Assembly (NCBI GenBank): GCA_951406725.2
Contig: OX597822.1
Coordinates: 70,246,001 to 70,310,000, forward strand
DNA length: 64,000 bases
Direction: 5' to 3'
Origin: Octopus vulgaris
Lineage: Eukaryota
Shown here: positions 40,717 to 54,002 of the stretch, one piece after another
Layout: every line of letters starts with the position of its first letter
Position numbering within the stretch: position 1 is the first letter of the stretch
Program-made: the position numbers and the translations under genes
The notes under the pieces: model-generated
Database searches by the model: none
Told to the model about the DNA's origin: nothing
Seen by the model: only the letters and a program-made list of their open reading frames with translations

Positions 40717-41612
40717 TATATTTTCCTCCCTGAACGGGATGCTGGTCCATCAAAGTATTACTAATTTTTACCAGGTGAGTGGACTGGAACTAAATGAAAT
40801 GAAGTGTTTTGTTCTCGTATAAATATAGCAGTTGAATGAATAGCGCCATAGTCAGAAGAGTGATGGAGGGATGGGTGTCAGAAAGATGAATTTGTTGGGG
40901 AATGCTCGACAGGGACAGATTGAGTGACGTGGCATAGACATATAAATGACTTGCTTTTAGGGATTCCTTCTCATTCTTTGCTGAGACGGAAAAGTTTTCT
41001 GAAGCACAGCGAATTGTCTTGGTCCATTTTCATCACCTCTACGAGGCCGAACATCCTGAGATCATTCTCTATTACTTTGTTCCATATTTTAAATAGACGC
41101 AAGTAACAAATCTGACTTGCGTCAGATAAATAAATGTTTCATTGTTATGACCGCCAGCTGGAAAGAGGGTACCTATAGATTACATGGTACCATTGCCTCA
41201 TTTATATAGTTTGAGTTTCATAGGTTGCATGCTCTGGCATAAGTGCCACAAATTCTGCTCGGCAAACTAGGTGTGTGTGTGTGTGTGTGTTTGAGAGAGA
41301 GAGAGGGTGACAGAAAGTGTGTTTATAAATGAAGAAATAGTACTAAATACAGAAAATAAAATTGCATACTTTGTGTACTTTATTAGGTGTAATTTATATA
41401 CTTCATTAGAGCTGAATCTTCTTGAACCATTCATTACTCTGTGTTTTATGTTTCCAATTGCTCTAACAATTTATTTGTGTATGCAGGCATGCCTGTGTCT
41501 GTGTATATCATGCTAGCATGGAATACAGACGTTAAAGAATGGTGATTTGTGTGTAAATCTATATATCTGTGTGTGTACATAATATATATATATATATGTC
41601 TATGTATGTATG

Positions 41613-41644
<32 letters not shown>

Positions 41645-41781
41645 TGTATGTATGTATGTATGTATGTATATGTAGTCTATGTATGTATATATATATATAT
41701 ATGTGTATGTATGTATGTATATTTGTATGTATATATATATATATGTATGTATATGTGTGTGTGTGTGTATATATATATATG

Positions 41782-41818
<37 letters not shown>

Positions 41819-41819
41819 T

Positions 41820-41858
41820 CTCAAACAGTGGTAGACACAAATACACACACACATAGAT

Positions 41859-41927
<69 letters not shown>

Positions 41928-42115
41928 CATGCATACATACATACATATAGGATGGGCTTCTTTGAGTTTCCATCTACCAAATCCACTTACAAGTCTACAG
42001 TAGAAGACACTTGCCCAAAGTGCCACACAGTGGAACTGAGCCATGAGGTTCAGTGGAACCCAGAACCATGAGGTTGGAAAACAAGTTACTTACCATACAG
42101 CCACACCCACACCTA
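41820..42115 (-). mobile_element. Family-D SINE embedded in microsatellite (41570-42330)
   Basis: gggcttctttgagtttccatctaccaaatcc...ccatacagccacacc. Confidence 0.75.
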
Positions 42116-42964
42116 TATTTGTACATATGTATATGTGTGTATGTATGAACGTATGTGTACATATGTACGTCTGTATGTATGTGTACATATGTATTTGTAT
42201 GTATACATATGTATATGTCTGTATGTATATATATGTCTATGTATGTGTACATATGTCTATGTCTGCATATATGTGTCAGTGCGTGCATACGCATGTGTGT
42301 GTGTATCTGTATTTGTGCTTGTGTGTGTGTGTAATGTTTGAATCTATACTGATACTAAATAACTAAAGCAGTCGACATGATGAAAAGCTTGTTTAAAAAA
42401 AAAAAAACGAGGAAGGAAAGAAGATGGAACCTCTTATTAAGTGGCCTAATTACCCCCCTGTGGAATTTAGTATTGTTGAATATTAGTCGTTCAAATTTTT
42501 ATATTAATTTATATCCTTGGAAAATATTCTGAAGATGACAGTTCTATGTCGATATATGAGAGGCATTTATGCTACAACACCTAATCTTTTTCTTTTCTCT
42601 TAGAACTTTCGAGACCTTGTGGCATATCAAACCATCATCATCAGGTTTGGCGCCATTGTTGATTTTGGTGATAGCAGTGTCAGCATCAGTGTTGTTAGCA
42701 TCATTAAAAAGTGATGGATGTGGCAAATGACTGTTGTGATTTCGACTAGATGTAGCTAGTCTAGATATCTAGGTGTATTTTTGTTTAGCTACCATATTTC
42801 AAATATTGACATTCTTAGTCATTCTTTTTTCTGGAGTGGATAAAATAGTCAGCTGTACTAAACTGTAGAAGATGCAGTCACCTTACAACACATTTAAGTA
42901 TGTTGCTATACTTCTTTTTGGCTTGGTTTCTTGAGTAAAGATTTACTGAGGAGGGATGTCCATC

Positions 42965-43230
42965 TCTGTTGCAAGTTTACTGATGACCACCATCCAATTC
43001 AGGACAGGCAGGTGTAACTGCAGAGACTGCATGGGAAGGTGGGCTGGTCAGAGTTGGCTGTAGTGTCCTTTTTCCCTCCCTTTTCTCTCATCTGCAAGGA
43101 TGAACTTGTGGATGACTTCAGAGGAGGCCATTGCCTCACCTGGTTTCATGGTCAGTGGCAAGAATAGACTACTGGTGATGATCAATATGGCAGGTGCCGA
43201 GGGATTTCTGGAGAGAGCCATCAAGTTCAG
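42965..43230 (-). mobile_element. Degenerate LINE fragment (RTE-like C-terminal Cys motif)
   Basis: Minus-strand translation TANSDQPTFPCSLCSYTCLS*IGW resembles the CxxCxxxCxSRIGLxSH end of RTE-type ORFs. Confidence 0.5.
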
Positions 43231-44101
43231 CAATTATGTGAATTGTGTGAGCACAACTTTAGTAACTAAGAAACATATTCAAAGCTTAAAATTTTATTAT
43301 GTAGGATTACTGTAGAGCATTATTGAGTTTATAACCAACTATCTTCAACAGATCATATGATTGACAGTGTAACTGATTTGGGAATGGCTAATAAGTAAGT
43401 ACATGGAACAGTCCAGTTGTTTGTGGAGAGCCGAAGAATTTTGAACTAAATAATTTAGAATTCCTGTAGAATGATTTGATTTAAGTTTCCTTTAAACATG
43501 ATCGTAACCACCACCACCACCACCAGTTGATGTCCATGTTCCACGCTGGCATGCGTTGGACAGTTTGACAGGATTCGATGATGATGAAATGTGGAAGTTG
43601 TTACTTTTTGATGTTATGTCACAAAACCACTTTCAGTTTCCAATATGGTTTCGTTTACATATGTCATTTAGGCCTGTCTTTTTTCCCTTCCTTATAAAAT
43701 CTAGACATTCCATCCTGTCTATGAAATTGTTACCATCACTGTCATTTACTTATTCTAATGTTTATATAGATGGGTTTGCAACTTGAAATATTTCTCTGTA
43801 TTATAGGAGAAGTTTTTACATTAGATACTTCTACTAACATTAAATAGATAACTGTAAATTTATAGTAAGGAAACCGAGGTATGTAGTAAAGTTTGAACCT
43901 GGGATGTAGGGATGTCTACTGTTTCATTGATATCTACTGCATTGTAAAGAAGTAAGGAAAAACATGTTTGGAGTGAAACTACTGTTTTTAAACGAATGTT
44001 CTTTCTTGATTGACAAATCAAGAAAATATCTCTGTGTCCACAGCATCGAGTAAGTTGAGTTGAGTTGAGTTGGATATTCCCTCCTGGTTAAGAAATTCAG
44101 C

Positions 44102-44545
44102 TACTCTTTTACTTGTTTCAGTCATTTGACTGTGGCCTTACTGGAGCACCGCCTTTAGCCGAGCAAATCAACCCCAGGACTTATTCTTTGTAAGCCTAGT
44201 ACTTATTCTGTCCATGTCTTTTGCCGAACCACTAAGTTACGGGGACATAAACACACCAGCATCGATTGTCAATCGATGTTGGGGGGACAAACACAGACAC
44301 ACAAACATATACACACACATACACACACACACATATATATATATACATACATATATATGATGGGCTTCTTTCAGTTTCTGTCTACCAACTCCACTCACAA
44401 GGCTTTGATCGACCTGAGGCTATAGTAGAAGACACTTGCCCAAGGTGCCACGCAGTGAGACTGAACCTAGAACCATGTGGTTGGTAAGCAAGCTACTTGC
44501 CACACAGCCACTCCTACACCTATCCACACAGCCACTCCTACGCCC
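44102..44545 (-). mobile_element. Family-D SINE, full length, with duplicated 5' head segment
   Basis: ccacacagccactcctac occurs twice at 44500-44545. Confidence 0.9.
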
Positions 44546-44614
44546 ATAAATCTCTTCTGAAATAATTCTGAAGATTACAAGCTACCAAACTGCTTGATCA
44601 ATCATCCAGTTAGT

Positions 44615-45245
44615 TTAACTCTTTAGCATTCAGATTACTCTGTCAAAAGTAATGCTTTTTATTCATGTTGTGTTTGCATTGATCATGTATCAGCTTTGAG
44701 ATTTTCATGATGTAGGCACAGGCAAGGCTGTGTGGTAGGAAGCTTGTTTCCCAACTGCATGGTTCTGAATTCAGTTCCACTGCGTGTTATCGTGGGCAAG
44801 TGTCTTTTACTATAGCTTTGGGCCCACCAAAGCCTTGCGAGTGGATTTGGTAGATGGAAACTGAAAGAAGTCTATCATATATGTATATATCTAGGTATGT
44901 GTGTGTGTTTGTGTCTGTGTTTGGCCTCCCCCAACACCACTTGACAACTGGTGTTGGTGTCGTTATGTCCCTGTAGCTTAGCAGTTCAGCAAAAAAAAAA
45001 AAACAACAAGAAAAACTGATAAATTAAGTACTAGGCTTAAAAAAAGATAAATCCTGGGTTGAGTTTGTTCGCCTAAAAACCCTTCACTTTGGTGCTCCAG
45101 TAGGGCCACAGTCAAATGACTGAAACAAGTAAAAGAATAAAAGAATAACTGTTTATTTTAAAAATGACATTGCAGGGTAGGAGTAAGAGGTCAGATCTGG
45201 CAGGTTTGAACATAAAGCTGGTGGATATATAACCAGCTTAAACAC
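44615..45245 (+). mobile_element. P1 MITE interrupted by a full family-D SINE (about 44713-45145, + strand)
   Basis: ttaactctttagcattcagattactc...gatgt|aggcacagg (SINE) ...|tgtttattttaaaatgacattgcagggtag. Confidence 0.75.
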
Positions 45246-45939
45246 TCATCAACCTGAGTTGTTTCTTTTATTACTGACCCTAAAGAGGTCAAAGTTCAGG
45301 TAGATCATGGTAGAGTGTTGACCAAACAGTTACACACTTGAAGTGTGCTACTAACAAAGTCAGTTACTCTAAATTTATTTTTTATGTTAATTTAACCCCT
45401 GAAATATTCCTGTGCGACAGTACAATACAAAAGTTTGTAGCGATAACATCAAGGATAAATTATATATAATCGTTCTTTTTTTTTTATTTCCTACATAAAA
45501 AGAGAAAATAGACCTCTTTAGATTTGGTTGGTAGAATAATGCAATACTAATTAGATAACATGTAGGATTTGTGAGTACAGGTTAAAATATACCAGGATTC
45601 AAATGCAGTGAATGTGGCTCTTCATTTACAACATCAGTCAAAGCATTAAAAATGTAGGCACATAAGTCAATTGGATAATTTGTGTTGCAGAAGATGTGTT
45701 ATGGAAAATGTGTGTGTGTGTGTGTGTGCACACATATACACATCACTGTGTTTTACCAGATAGTTGGATAATGCATGGGGAAAATGTTTGCGTCAATGAA
45801 ATAATTTGTGTTGTAGAATCAAATATATTTTGAATGTGATCAGATAATGGCTTGCTGTAAAGAGAAAAAGTGTTTTTTTAAAAAAATAATCTAGTAGAAG
45901 TCATTCTGATGGGACTAAGACAAAATGCTAACCACTAGC

Positions 45940-45991
<52 letters not shown>

Positions 45992-47599
45992 AGCTTCCTC
46001 ATACCTGTTGATGACAGTTAAGAGAGGATGATGTAGTTTTGTGTTCTTTTAGATAACCAAAAGTGGCTCACAGACTACTAGTTTCTGATTGGTTAAAGTA
46101 ACATATTATAAGTGATTGTATATTCTGTTTAACTATCCCCCACTCCACAAAAAAAAAAAAAAAAAGTGAGATAAGAGTTGGGTAAAGAATGAGAGAAAAT
46201 AATGAATCTATGAATGTATAAGGCTATTTGCAAATTGTCACATTTTACTCAGTTTGGTAAGTGATGTTAAAAGGGTGATACAGTCTGTTAGGGTGCTCTT
46301 AGCAAGTTCCAGGTGTTGAAGGTCATTTTGTAGAGGGTATTTGCAAGAATAATGAAGATTGGAATTAACAGTCTTGTGTTGCATTTGTCTATATCGGGTT
46401 ATAAGTATTTTGGGGTTACTTTATAAATGTCACAGGTAGCCAATTACTAGAAGTCATTAGAATGTTGAATAGATTACCTTGCTGCAATTATTATGGGTCT
46501 CTGCACTCAGTTTAAGTCATATTGCAGTTAACTTTGCCTTTCATCCTTTTTGAGTGGAGCTGATAAAGTACCAGTTGCATACTGGGGTTAATGTTTTTCT
46601 TTCACTCTTTCTGAAAGAAATTGTTTGTGGTGAGACATGGAGAGAGGAATGCCCAAGACACACCATTATGGTTCCTTCAAGTATTTGAGGGTTCAAGGCA
46701 AGGTATAAATGGCCTGGTTAGGTTGTGTGTGTGTGTAGCCTATACTCTGTAGGTCTTTTTACTTGCTCAGTGACATTATTCAAAGTCTTGAGAATTCAAC
46801 TGAGATAGCAGCCTTGTATATTGATCACTAGAATTCCACAACTATACATTATTCCATTCACTCTCTCTACTTTATTTTCACTAGCAGCAAGTCTAAGTGA
46901 AATAAGTTGGTCCTTCAAAAAAAAAAGAAAAAATTATTGATAAAGAATTTCAAACTGAAAAAATTTTTCTTTTATTTTCATCTCTCTATGATTCTGGAAA
47001 GTTTGCAGTGTTTGTTAGCTTTTATTTTTATAATTGACTTACTGTTGTCTTAAGCAATAACTTGTTGACATTTTGTTAGCTTTCTGAAGTTGAAAAATAT
47101 GTCTTCATAAAATCACCCCCCACTAATATTTCTAATACATTAATAATGATCGGGGTGGTAGGAATGGTAAAATATTGAACTAAATATATAAATGGTAAAA
47201 TATTGGACAAATACACCTATCCTCATTTATCACAGATATTTGCTTAAAACAAAAAACACAACTGTAAAATGAGTTAGTGATAAATGAATAACAGAACATA
47301 TGGGGGAAATGGTTTCATTTGAAGACCCCCAAGTTACACTGAGTATTGTGGATGGTTGCTGGGATGCACTTTTGCGATCCAGGCAGAATCTTAGACTGAT
47401 CACTGATCTGTGTTATCACTACACAGTTCATAATTGAGCATACTATGTTATCCCATATTAGTGATGAATCAGTCAGTGGAAACATGGTTAGTTGTACTAT
47501 TTTGTTTTCTCTGTCTATATTCTGAGTTAAAATCCTACCTGAATCAACTTGACTTTTTATTCCTCTTGGATTGACAAAATAATCTCTAGGCCGGGTGTT

Positions 47600-47920
47600 G
47601 TGGAGACCCATGGCGCAATGGTTAGAGCGTTGGGCTCACAGTCACGAAGCAGTGAGTTCAATTCCTGTACTGGGTAAGACACTTCATTTCTTGAGCAAAA
47701 CACTTAATTTTATGTTGCTTCAGTTCACTCAGCTGAAGAAATGAGTTATGACATCACAGGTATCAAGATGTATTGGCCTTTGCCTTTCACAACATTGGTG
47801 GCTTGGAGAGGGGAGGCTGCTATGCATGGGCGACTGCTGGTCTTCCATAAACAACCTTGCCTGGACTTGTGCCTCAGATGGGAACTTCTAGGTGTAATTC
47901 ATGATCAAAGGGGTTCTTTA
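47600..47920 (+). mobile_element. tRNA-derived SINE
   Basis: gtggagacccatggcgcaatggttagagcg...gagttcaattcc A/B boxes; cttgagcaaaacactt core shared with the 17757 element. Confidence 0.75.
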
Positions 47921-48584
47921 CTCATTTTAAGTCTGTGTTGTACTTTGTCTACAAAAACTGTCCTATTTCTATAAATATTTTCATTATTGTTACTATTTAT
48001 TAATAGGTTGGAATTGTTACAGCATCAGAAAATTTACTTGCTTTAGTTTAAGCCCTTTCACTCCTTATGGAGCATGGGCCATCATTGACTTGTCTCCATT
48101 GTTCTTGATTCTAGGTAGTTATTCATCTCCCTGGTTTTGTTTGTTTTGACTGGCCATCAGTTCTTTGTAACTTGGCTTTTTTTTTTACTCTAGGTGGGTA
48201 TGTTGGCTTTATGCAAACCTATTTTCATCTCTGGAAAGAAGTGGTTCATGTTAGCCAGGCTTCTCTCCTTCAACTTACATGGGAAGGCCCTACCAGGTTT
48301 TACTCCACTGACATAGCTCTCTTAATCATTGAGGGACACAAGTCACCCCACTGCCACAATTACTAGACCTTGTGGTGAATCAGACAAAATGCCTTACTCT
48401 GTTTAGTCCCAGCCCTTTACATTTTGCTTTCATTTCAAAGGTAATATAGTACCAGTCATACAGTGAGAGTTGATGCTAGCATCTATGTCCTTTCCCCTCA
48501 AAATTCAGGTCTTGTGCCTATATAAGAAATCAGTATTACTATTAATATTGTAGTTTCCTCAAAAACTGGGTCTTTGGATTTTCA

Positions 48585-48940
48585 TCATTATCATCATTTA
48601 ATTTCTGCTTCCCATGCTGGCATAGGTTGGACAATTTGATCAGAGCTGGCAAGCTGGAGAGCTGCACCAGGTTCCAGTCTGATTTGGCTTGGTTTCCATG
48701 GCTGGATGCCCTTCCTAATGCCATCCACTTTACAGAGTGTGCTGGGTGCTTTTGACGTGGCCTGGCAGGGTACTTTTGACATGGTGCCAACATGGGTGTT
48801 CATTACGTGGTGCCAACATGAGTGCTCTATATGTGGTGCTGGCATAGAAGCTCTTTACGTGGCACTGGTACAAGTCCTCTGTACATGGCAGTGGCATGGG
48901 TAATTTCTATGTGACACTGGCATGAAGGCTCTTGCGAGGC
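48585..48940 (-). mobile_element. Family-A RTE-type 3' end with an expanded internal repeat of about 26 bp
   Basis: (cat)n tail and core, then about 7 degenerate gggtgcttttgacgtgg...ggcat units at 48745-48925. Confidence 0.75.
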
Positions 48941-50072
48941 AAAAACCCTTTCAGTTTGGGAGTGAGGCATTAACAATTCCGTTTTGGTGGACAGCTAAGT
49001 AGTTCCCTCAAAGCTTTCTTCTAAATGTAGTGAGTGCCTTGTAAGGTAAAAGTCATAGATTTCTGCCCTTTTTCTAGAAATATAAAGGAAACATTGTGAT
49101 TGAGCGGTGTTGAACATCTCCACTAACTTAATTTCTATGATATAAAAGCCAAATATTTCTTTGTAGATGTTGCTTAAATAGTAAATATTGTATTGTTGAA
49201 CATCAAATTAATTTTTATGTTCTCAGTAAACTATATTGTGTGATGAGAAAAACATTGTAATACAAAGGCTGCCATTTTCTTGTTTGCTTTACTCATCTCC
49301 TTCAATAAAGGATTCCAAGCTATCATTTGCTTTGTATTCATTTGTTTATTCAAGATTTAACTATTGAGATTAAAGTTTGTCTGTGTGTGTATATGTGTGG
49401 CTTTTTAAAAATATGTCCCATCAAACAATAAATTTTTCAACTTTCTTTTTATTTTATTGACATAAAAGCGTCGAGTTTCTTTTAAAGATTCTTATGTGTT
49501 TGCGTCTGTGTGAATGTGAATATATGCGTGTTGTAATGTAATCATTCTGATATTTTCCCAATATGATTTTTCACTCTTGAAATTCTACTGATTGATTTTC
49601 ATTTATTAATCAATGATTTCAAAGAAGAGTTTCTTCTTTGTCTACTTTGTTTATCATACACTTTCATCATATACATTTCTTATGTTAATTCACTATTTCT
49701 TATATTAATTTTCCATTTAATTCGTCTACCGAGTGACTACTACCCCTTCCTTCCTTCCTTTTTTAATTTCTCAGCACACCACCTCTACCTTCTCCACACT
49801 ATTAAAAACCACCTGTCTTAGATCTCACCTTTTATTACTTCAACCACGAGTACAAAAGATATAGATGTGTTTCGTAATATTTCTTTTACTCTTCTTTTGT
49901 CTCTGACTTGAAGACAACATCTGATGCCTGTCATCTCCAACTGCCACCATAGTGTTGTTCTGTGTCAAAAATTTGGTATAACAATATAAACGAAAACAGA
50001 AAATAAATAAATAAATAAAAGAGTAATAAAAATGTATATACTTTTATTAATTAATTTTGTTTTGTTTTCAAG

Positions 50073-50200
50073 GATTTGGATCTTATAGCTGCCCAGCTTA
50101 ATAACCTTGCAACAGATGTTGCTGATGATGATGATGAAGATGAAGAAAACGCTGTCACTAAAGATGGAACTTTAGTTGTATCGGAACCAGCAAGGCCTTT
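50073..50200 (+). CDS. MAP4K4: MAP4K4/msn exon L: DLDLIAAQLNNLATDVADDDDEDEENAVTKDGTLVVSEPARP, phase 0 to 2
   Basis: tttcaag|GAT acceptor and TT|gtaagt donor; 128 nt; DLxxLAxxL and DGTL motifs typical of the pre-CNH linker. Confidence 0.9.
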
Positions 50201-50757
50201 GTAAGTACTAGTCACATTCTATTTCTATGATATCTTTAAAACCACTGTTGTCTGTTACAGCAGAAGAAACTAGTTTCACGATTCTTCTTCTTCTATAGGT
50301 GTCTGTCTTCTAAGTATTTATATTTCGATAATAATCACGAAGGTAATGAAGTGAATTATTGAAATACTTTCAATAATTCATAAATTTCTATGTTTCATAA
50401 ATTCACAAGGAAAACTATTCATAATTCATAAATAAAACTATTTCAATATTTCATAAATTCTAATACTATTTCACTTAGAAATTCTATTCAATTCACTTCA
50501 CTTTACTTTCTTTCTTTCTTTCTTTCTTTTTTTTTTTTTTTCATACTGGACTTTGTAAGAATCAAATTTGAAATCGTGTATTTTTCCATTTCATTTTGCT
50601 TTCATTGCAAATCTTTTACTCTGATGGAATCCTGTTAACAAATTAAAGCTCAATGGTACTGAATGCTATTTGAAACCATGGTCAAAGGATTTAAATACTG
50701 TTTTTGTTTATTGCTTCTTTCCTTTTACTCAGAACTGATCTTACATTTTTCTTTTTA

Positions 50758-50759
<2 letters not shown>

Positions 50760-50805
<46 letters not shown>

Positions 50806-50818
50806 TACATACACACAC

Positions 50819-50873
<55 letters not shown>

Positions 50874-50992
50874 CACACACGTGTGTATATATATATTGTA
50901 TATATATATATATATAGACACATACATACACACACGTGTGTATATATATATTGTATATATATATATATATATAGACACATACATACACACAC

Positions 50993-51044
<52 letters not shown>

Positions 51045-51068
51045 GTGTGTGCGTATGTGTGTATATTG

Positions 51069-51101
<33 letters not shown>

Positions 51102-51660
51102 GTGTGTGCGTATGTATGTGTCTATATATATATATAGACACATACATACACACACATGTGTGTATATATATGTATATGTATAATATGTGTGTGTGTATAT
51201 ATATATGTATATGTATAATATATGTATGTATATATGTATAATATATGTATGTGTATATATATATATATATATATATGTATATACATAATGTATGTATGTA
51301 TATATATATATGCATATATATATATGTATATATATAATGTATGTATATATATATGTGTGTGTATGTATAATTATATGTATAATATATACATGTGTGTGTA
51401 TGTATAATTATATGTATAATATATACATATATATATAATATATATATAATATATATATATATATACATACATATATATAATATATATACATATATCTATC
51501 TATCTATCTATCTATATATACATACATATATATAATATATATACTATCTATCTATCTATCTATATATATATATATAATATATATACATATATCTATCTAT
51601 CTATCTATATATACATATATATATATATATATATCTATCTATATATATATATATATATAT

Positions 51661-51693
<33 letters not shown>

Positions 51694-51735
51694 TGCACAC
51701 ACACACACACGCGCGCACACACACAATGTGTGTGT
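50760..51735. repeat. About 1-kb (TA)n/(CA)n/(TCTA)n microsatellite with higher-order cacac(g/a)tgtg units
   Basis: Direct reading. Confidence 0.95.
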
Positions 51736-52536
51736 GTTTGAAGTTATTGACTGCATATTAAATATTATTATTCTCAGAAAAATCTAGTTGAACCAAGTTA
51801 TCTTCTGTTGGCAAAATCATACCGATATCAAATTAACCAGCCTATTAACCTCATCCTCCTTTTGTCCTTCCTGTTGTTCTTTTACATCGTTTTGATTCAT
51901 ACGTTTTCTGATCATCTTTTCTATGATATTTATACTTGTATACATTCCCCCCTTGGGTTTGGACAGAACGCAGTAATCAACACTCTTATTCAACTAATGT
52001 AGACAACATAATGCAAATATAACAATACCTAAGTCTCAAAATTCAATGGAATACTTCCATTTATGAAAAATAAATTGAAAATAATATTAATAATGCATAT
52101 TTCAAATTAAGAAGCTCCTCTATTGTTTCTCTAGGACATTTAACTGAAATTTATTGGTTTCTGTATCTAGTATATAAATTAATATATAATACCCTAATGT
52201 TATTACTATCTTTTAATTAAAGCGATATTTCAGATGCTATTTTTACATTGTTCGTGATATTGGACATTTTCTGTGAAAACTATTCTCTCCGTTTTGTTTC
52301 CATCTACCCTCTCTCCCTCTTATTCTCCTTCCTTACCTCTCTCTTCTCTTTTCTGTTTTGACAACAGAGTTTATCCAAAATAGAAATTAAAAACTTTTGC
52401 CCACTTCAGAGACATTACATAAGATACGGTTAACACGAAGCATTATCTATTCTCTGGAATCCCTGTTTCTATTGGTTAGCATCAGTAATGTTATGATCTA
52501 AAATAACAATCATTAGGAACATAATTATGCTGTTTA

Positions 52537-52770
52537 GAATTAACATGGTCGATCCTCTTCTTTCTACTAGGCAGGCATCTTTGGCTCATTGCCAAAATGT
52601 ATCTCCGTTGTGTCTTTTCTAGAAGTATTTCCATGGTCATTGCTCTGATGAACTTTCCAGTCTAGTACCCTCTCTCAAGACCTTTAAAAGTGTCATCCAC
52701 TTCTCTTCTCAGGCACGTCATCCTGTTGAGCTTCATGTTAGTCATAAGTCCTTTTATTCAAATAGCCAAC
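52537..52770 (+). mobile_element. Degenerate CR1/Jockey-group LINE fragment (C-terminal to RT)
   Basis: Translation SLAHCQNVSPLCLF*KYFHGHCSDELSSLVPS...KSFYSNS resembles the LSHRRNVASLSLFYKYxHGxCSxEL motif of such LINEs; in-frame stop. Confidence 0.65.
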
Positions 52771-52863
52771 CCTGTATATGTGTATTAAACTCTTTGATCT
52801 AACCTCCTGTTTGAAAATTGTATCTCATTTTACCTCCCTCTCATCATCATTAGCATGCAGAAG

Positions 52864-53277
52864 CTTAACTCTGGCTGAAATATCCTTTCTGCTGATGTTC
52901 AAATTGGCCAGATCTGGGCTCTCATACCTACCCTACAATGTTTATTTTCAAAATAAACAGCCACGGGTGTATCGTATAAAAAGCGCCTGTACTGGTGCCA
53001 TATAGAAAGAACTTTTGCTGGTGCCAGTAAGAAGGCACTGGTGCTAGCGCTACATTAAAAGCATTTAGTACACTCTGTAAAAGCTGTAGAAACCATGCCA
53101 AAACAGGCTGTTGGAGCCTGGAGCAGTTCTCTGACTTGCCAGCTCCTGTCAAACTGTCCAGCGCATGCCAGCATGGAAAATGGACATTAAAAGATGACGA
53201 TGATGACATCAAAATATCAAAGCTATGAAATAATGCATGGTTAGTTCAGACAGAGTAATGTGAATGCTAAAGGCTTA
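52864..53277 (-). mobile_element. P1 MITE interrupted by a family-A element (about 52965-53205, + strand)
   Basis: atgttcaaattggccagatctgg...cctaccctacaatg and aaagctatgaaataatgcatg...aatgctaaagg flank the (gat)n-tailed insert. Confidence 0.7.
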
Positions 53278-53294
53278 CACAGAACATCACTTAT

Positions 53295-53460
53295 ATTGCC
53301 TTTGCCAGGCATTCTCTGTCTACCACCTGAAGAAGTGCTGAGTGCTGCCCATTCTCTGATGGTAGGGTGGAAGGAATTTTGAGTGGCAGAAAGTTTATGA
53401 GTTTGGAAATGGATTTTTCTGAAGCAGAAGGCAAGCCTGTATCCACTAAGGAGAGAATAC
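53295..53460 (-). mobile_element. Degenerate LINE ORF-end fragment
   Basis: ORF 53241..53483 (-) contains QNSFHPTIREWAAL, similar to the SFFPRTIREWNxL LINE C-terminal motif. Confidence 0.45.
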
Positions 53461-53464
53461 ATCC

Positions 53465-54002
53465 TTAACCCTTTACTATCCATATTACTATATCAAGTGT
53501 AATACTTATTTATTCACATTCATCATCATCATCAGCATCATCATCATTTGAAACCCGTTTTCCATGCTGGCATGGATTGGATGGTTTGATAGGAGCTGGG
53601 CAGCTAAAGAGCTTTCTCAGGCCCCATGTCTGTTTTGACATGGTTTCTACAGCTGGTTACCCTTCCTAACACCAACTGTTTTACAGTGTGTGCTGGATGC
53701 TCTTACACAGCACTGGCATGGGTGGATTTATGTGGCACCGGCATGGGTGCTTTTTAAGTAGCACCAGCACCCACAAGCCCGCAACATTAGGAATGTTCAG
53801 CTGGAGATGGATGCAGGGGACAGGCCTGTATGCAAGGACAATCTGGCAATATCTTCATATCTTTGAGATTTTGATAATGACATTATTTATTTTCAGAATG
53901 ACATTGTAGGGTAGGTGTGAGAGGCCAGATCAAGCCAATTTGACCATAAAACAGGTAGAATATTTTGGCCGGACATCGCTGATTTAAATGCTAAAGTGTT
54001 AA
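53465..54002 (+). mobile_element. P1 MITE interrupted by a family-A element (about 53521-53845, minus strand)
   Basis: ttaaccctttac...tattcacatt|(cat)n insert|...gacattgtagggtaggtgtgagaggccagatc...aatgctaaagtgttaa. Confidence 0.75.

Noticed and set aside
43099-43170. Polypyrimidine tract plus aag|GATGAACTT as a candidate phase-0 exon
   Set aside because: It reaches a stop, the best donor (gtcagt) is phase 1, and the region is better explained as an antisense LINE fragment.
49775-49976. Possible extra exons just upstream of exon L (acceptors at about 49774 and 49913)
   Set aside because: The frame compatible with exons K and L contains stops, or no matching donor exists.
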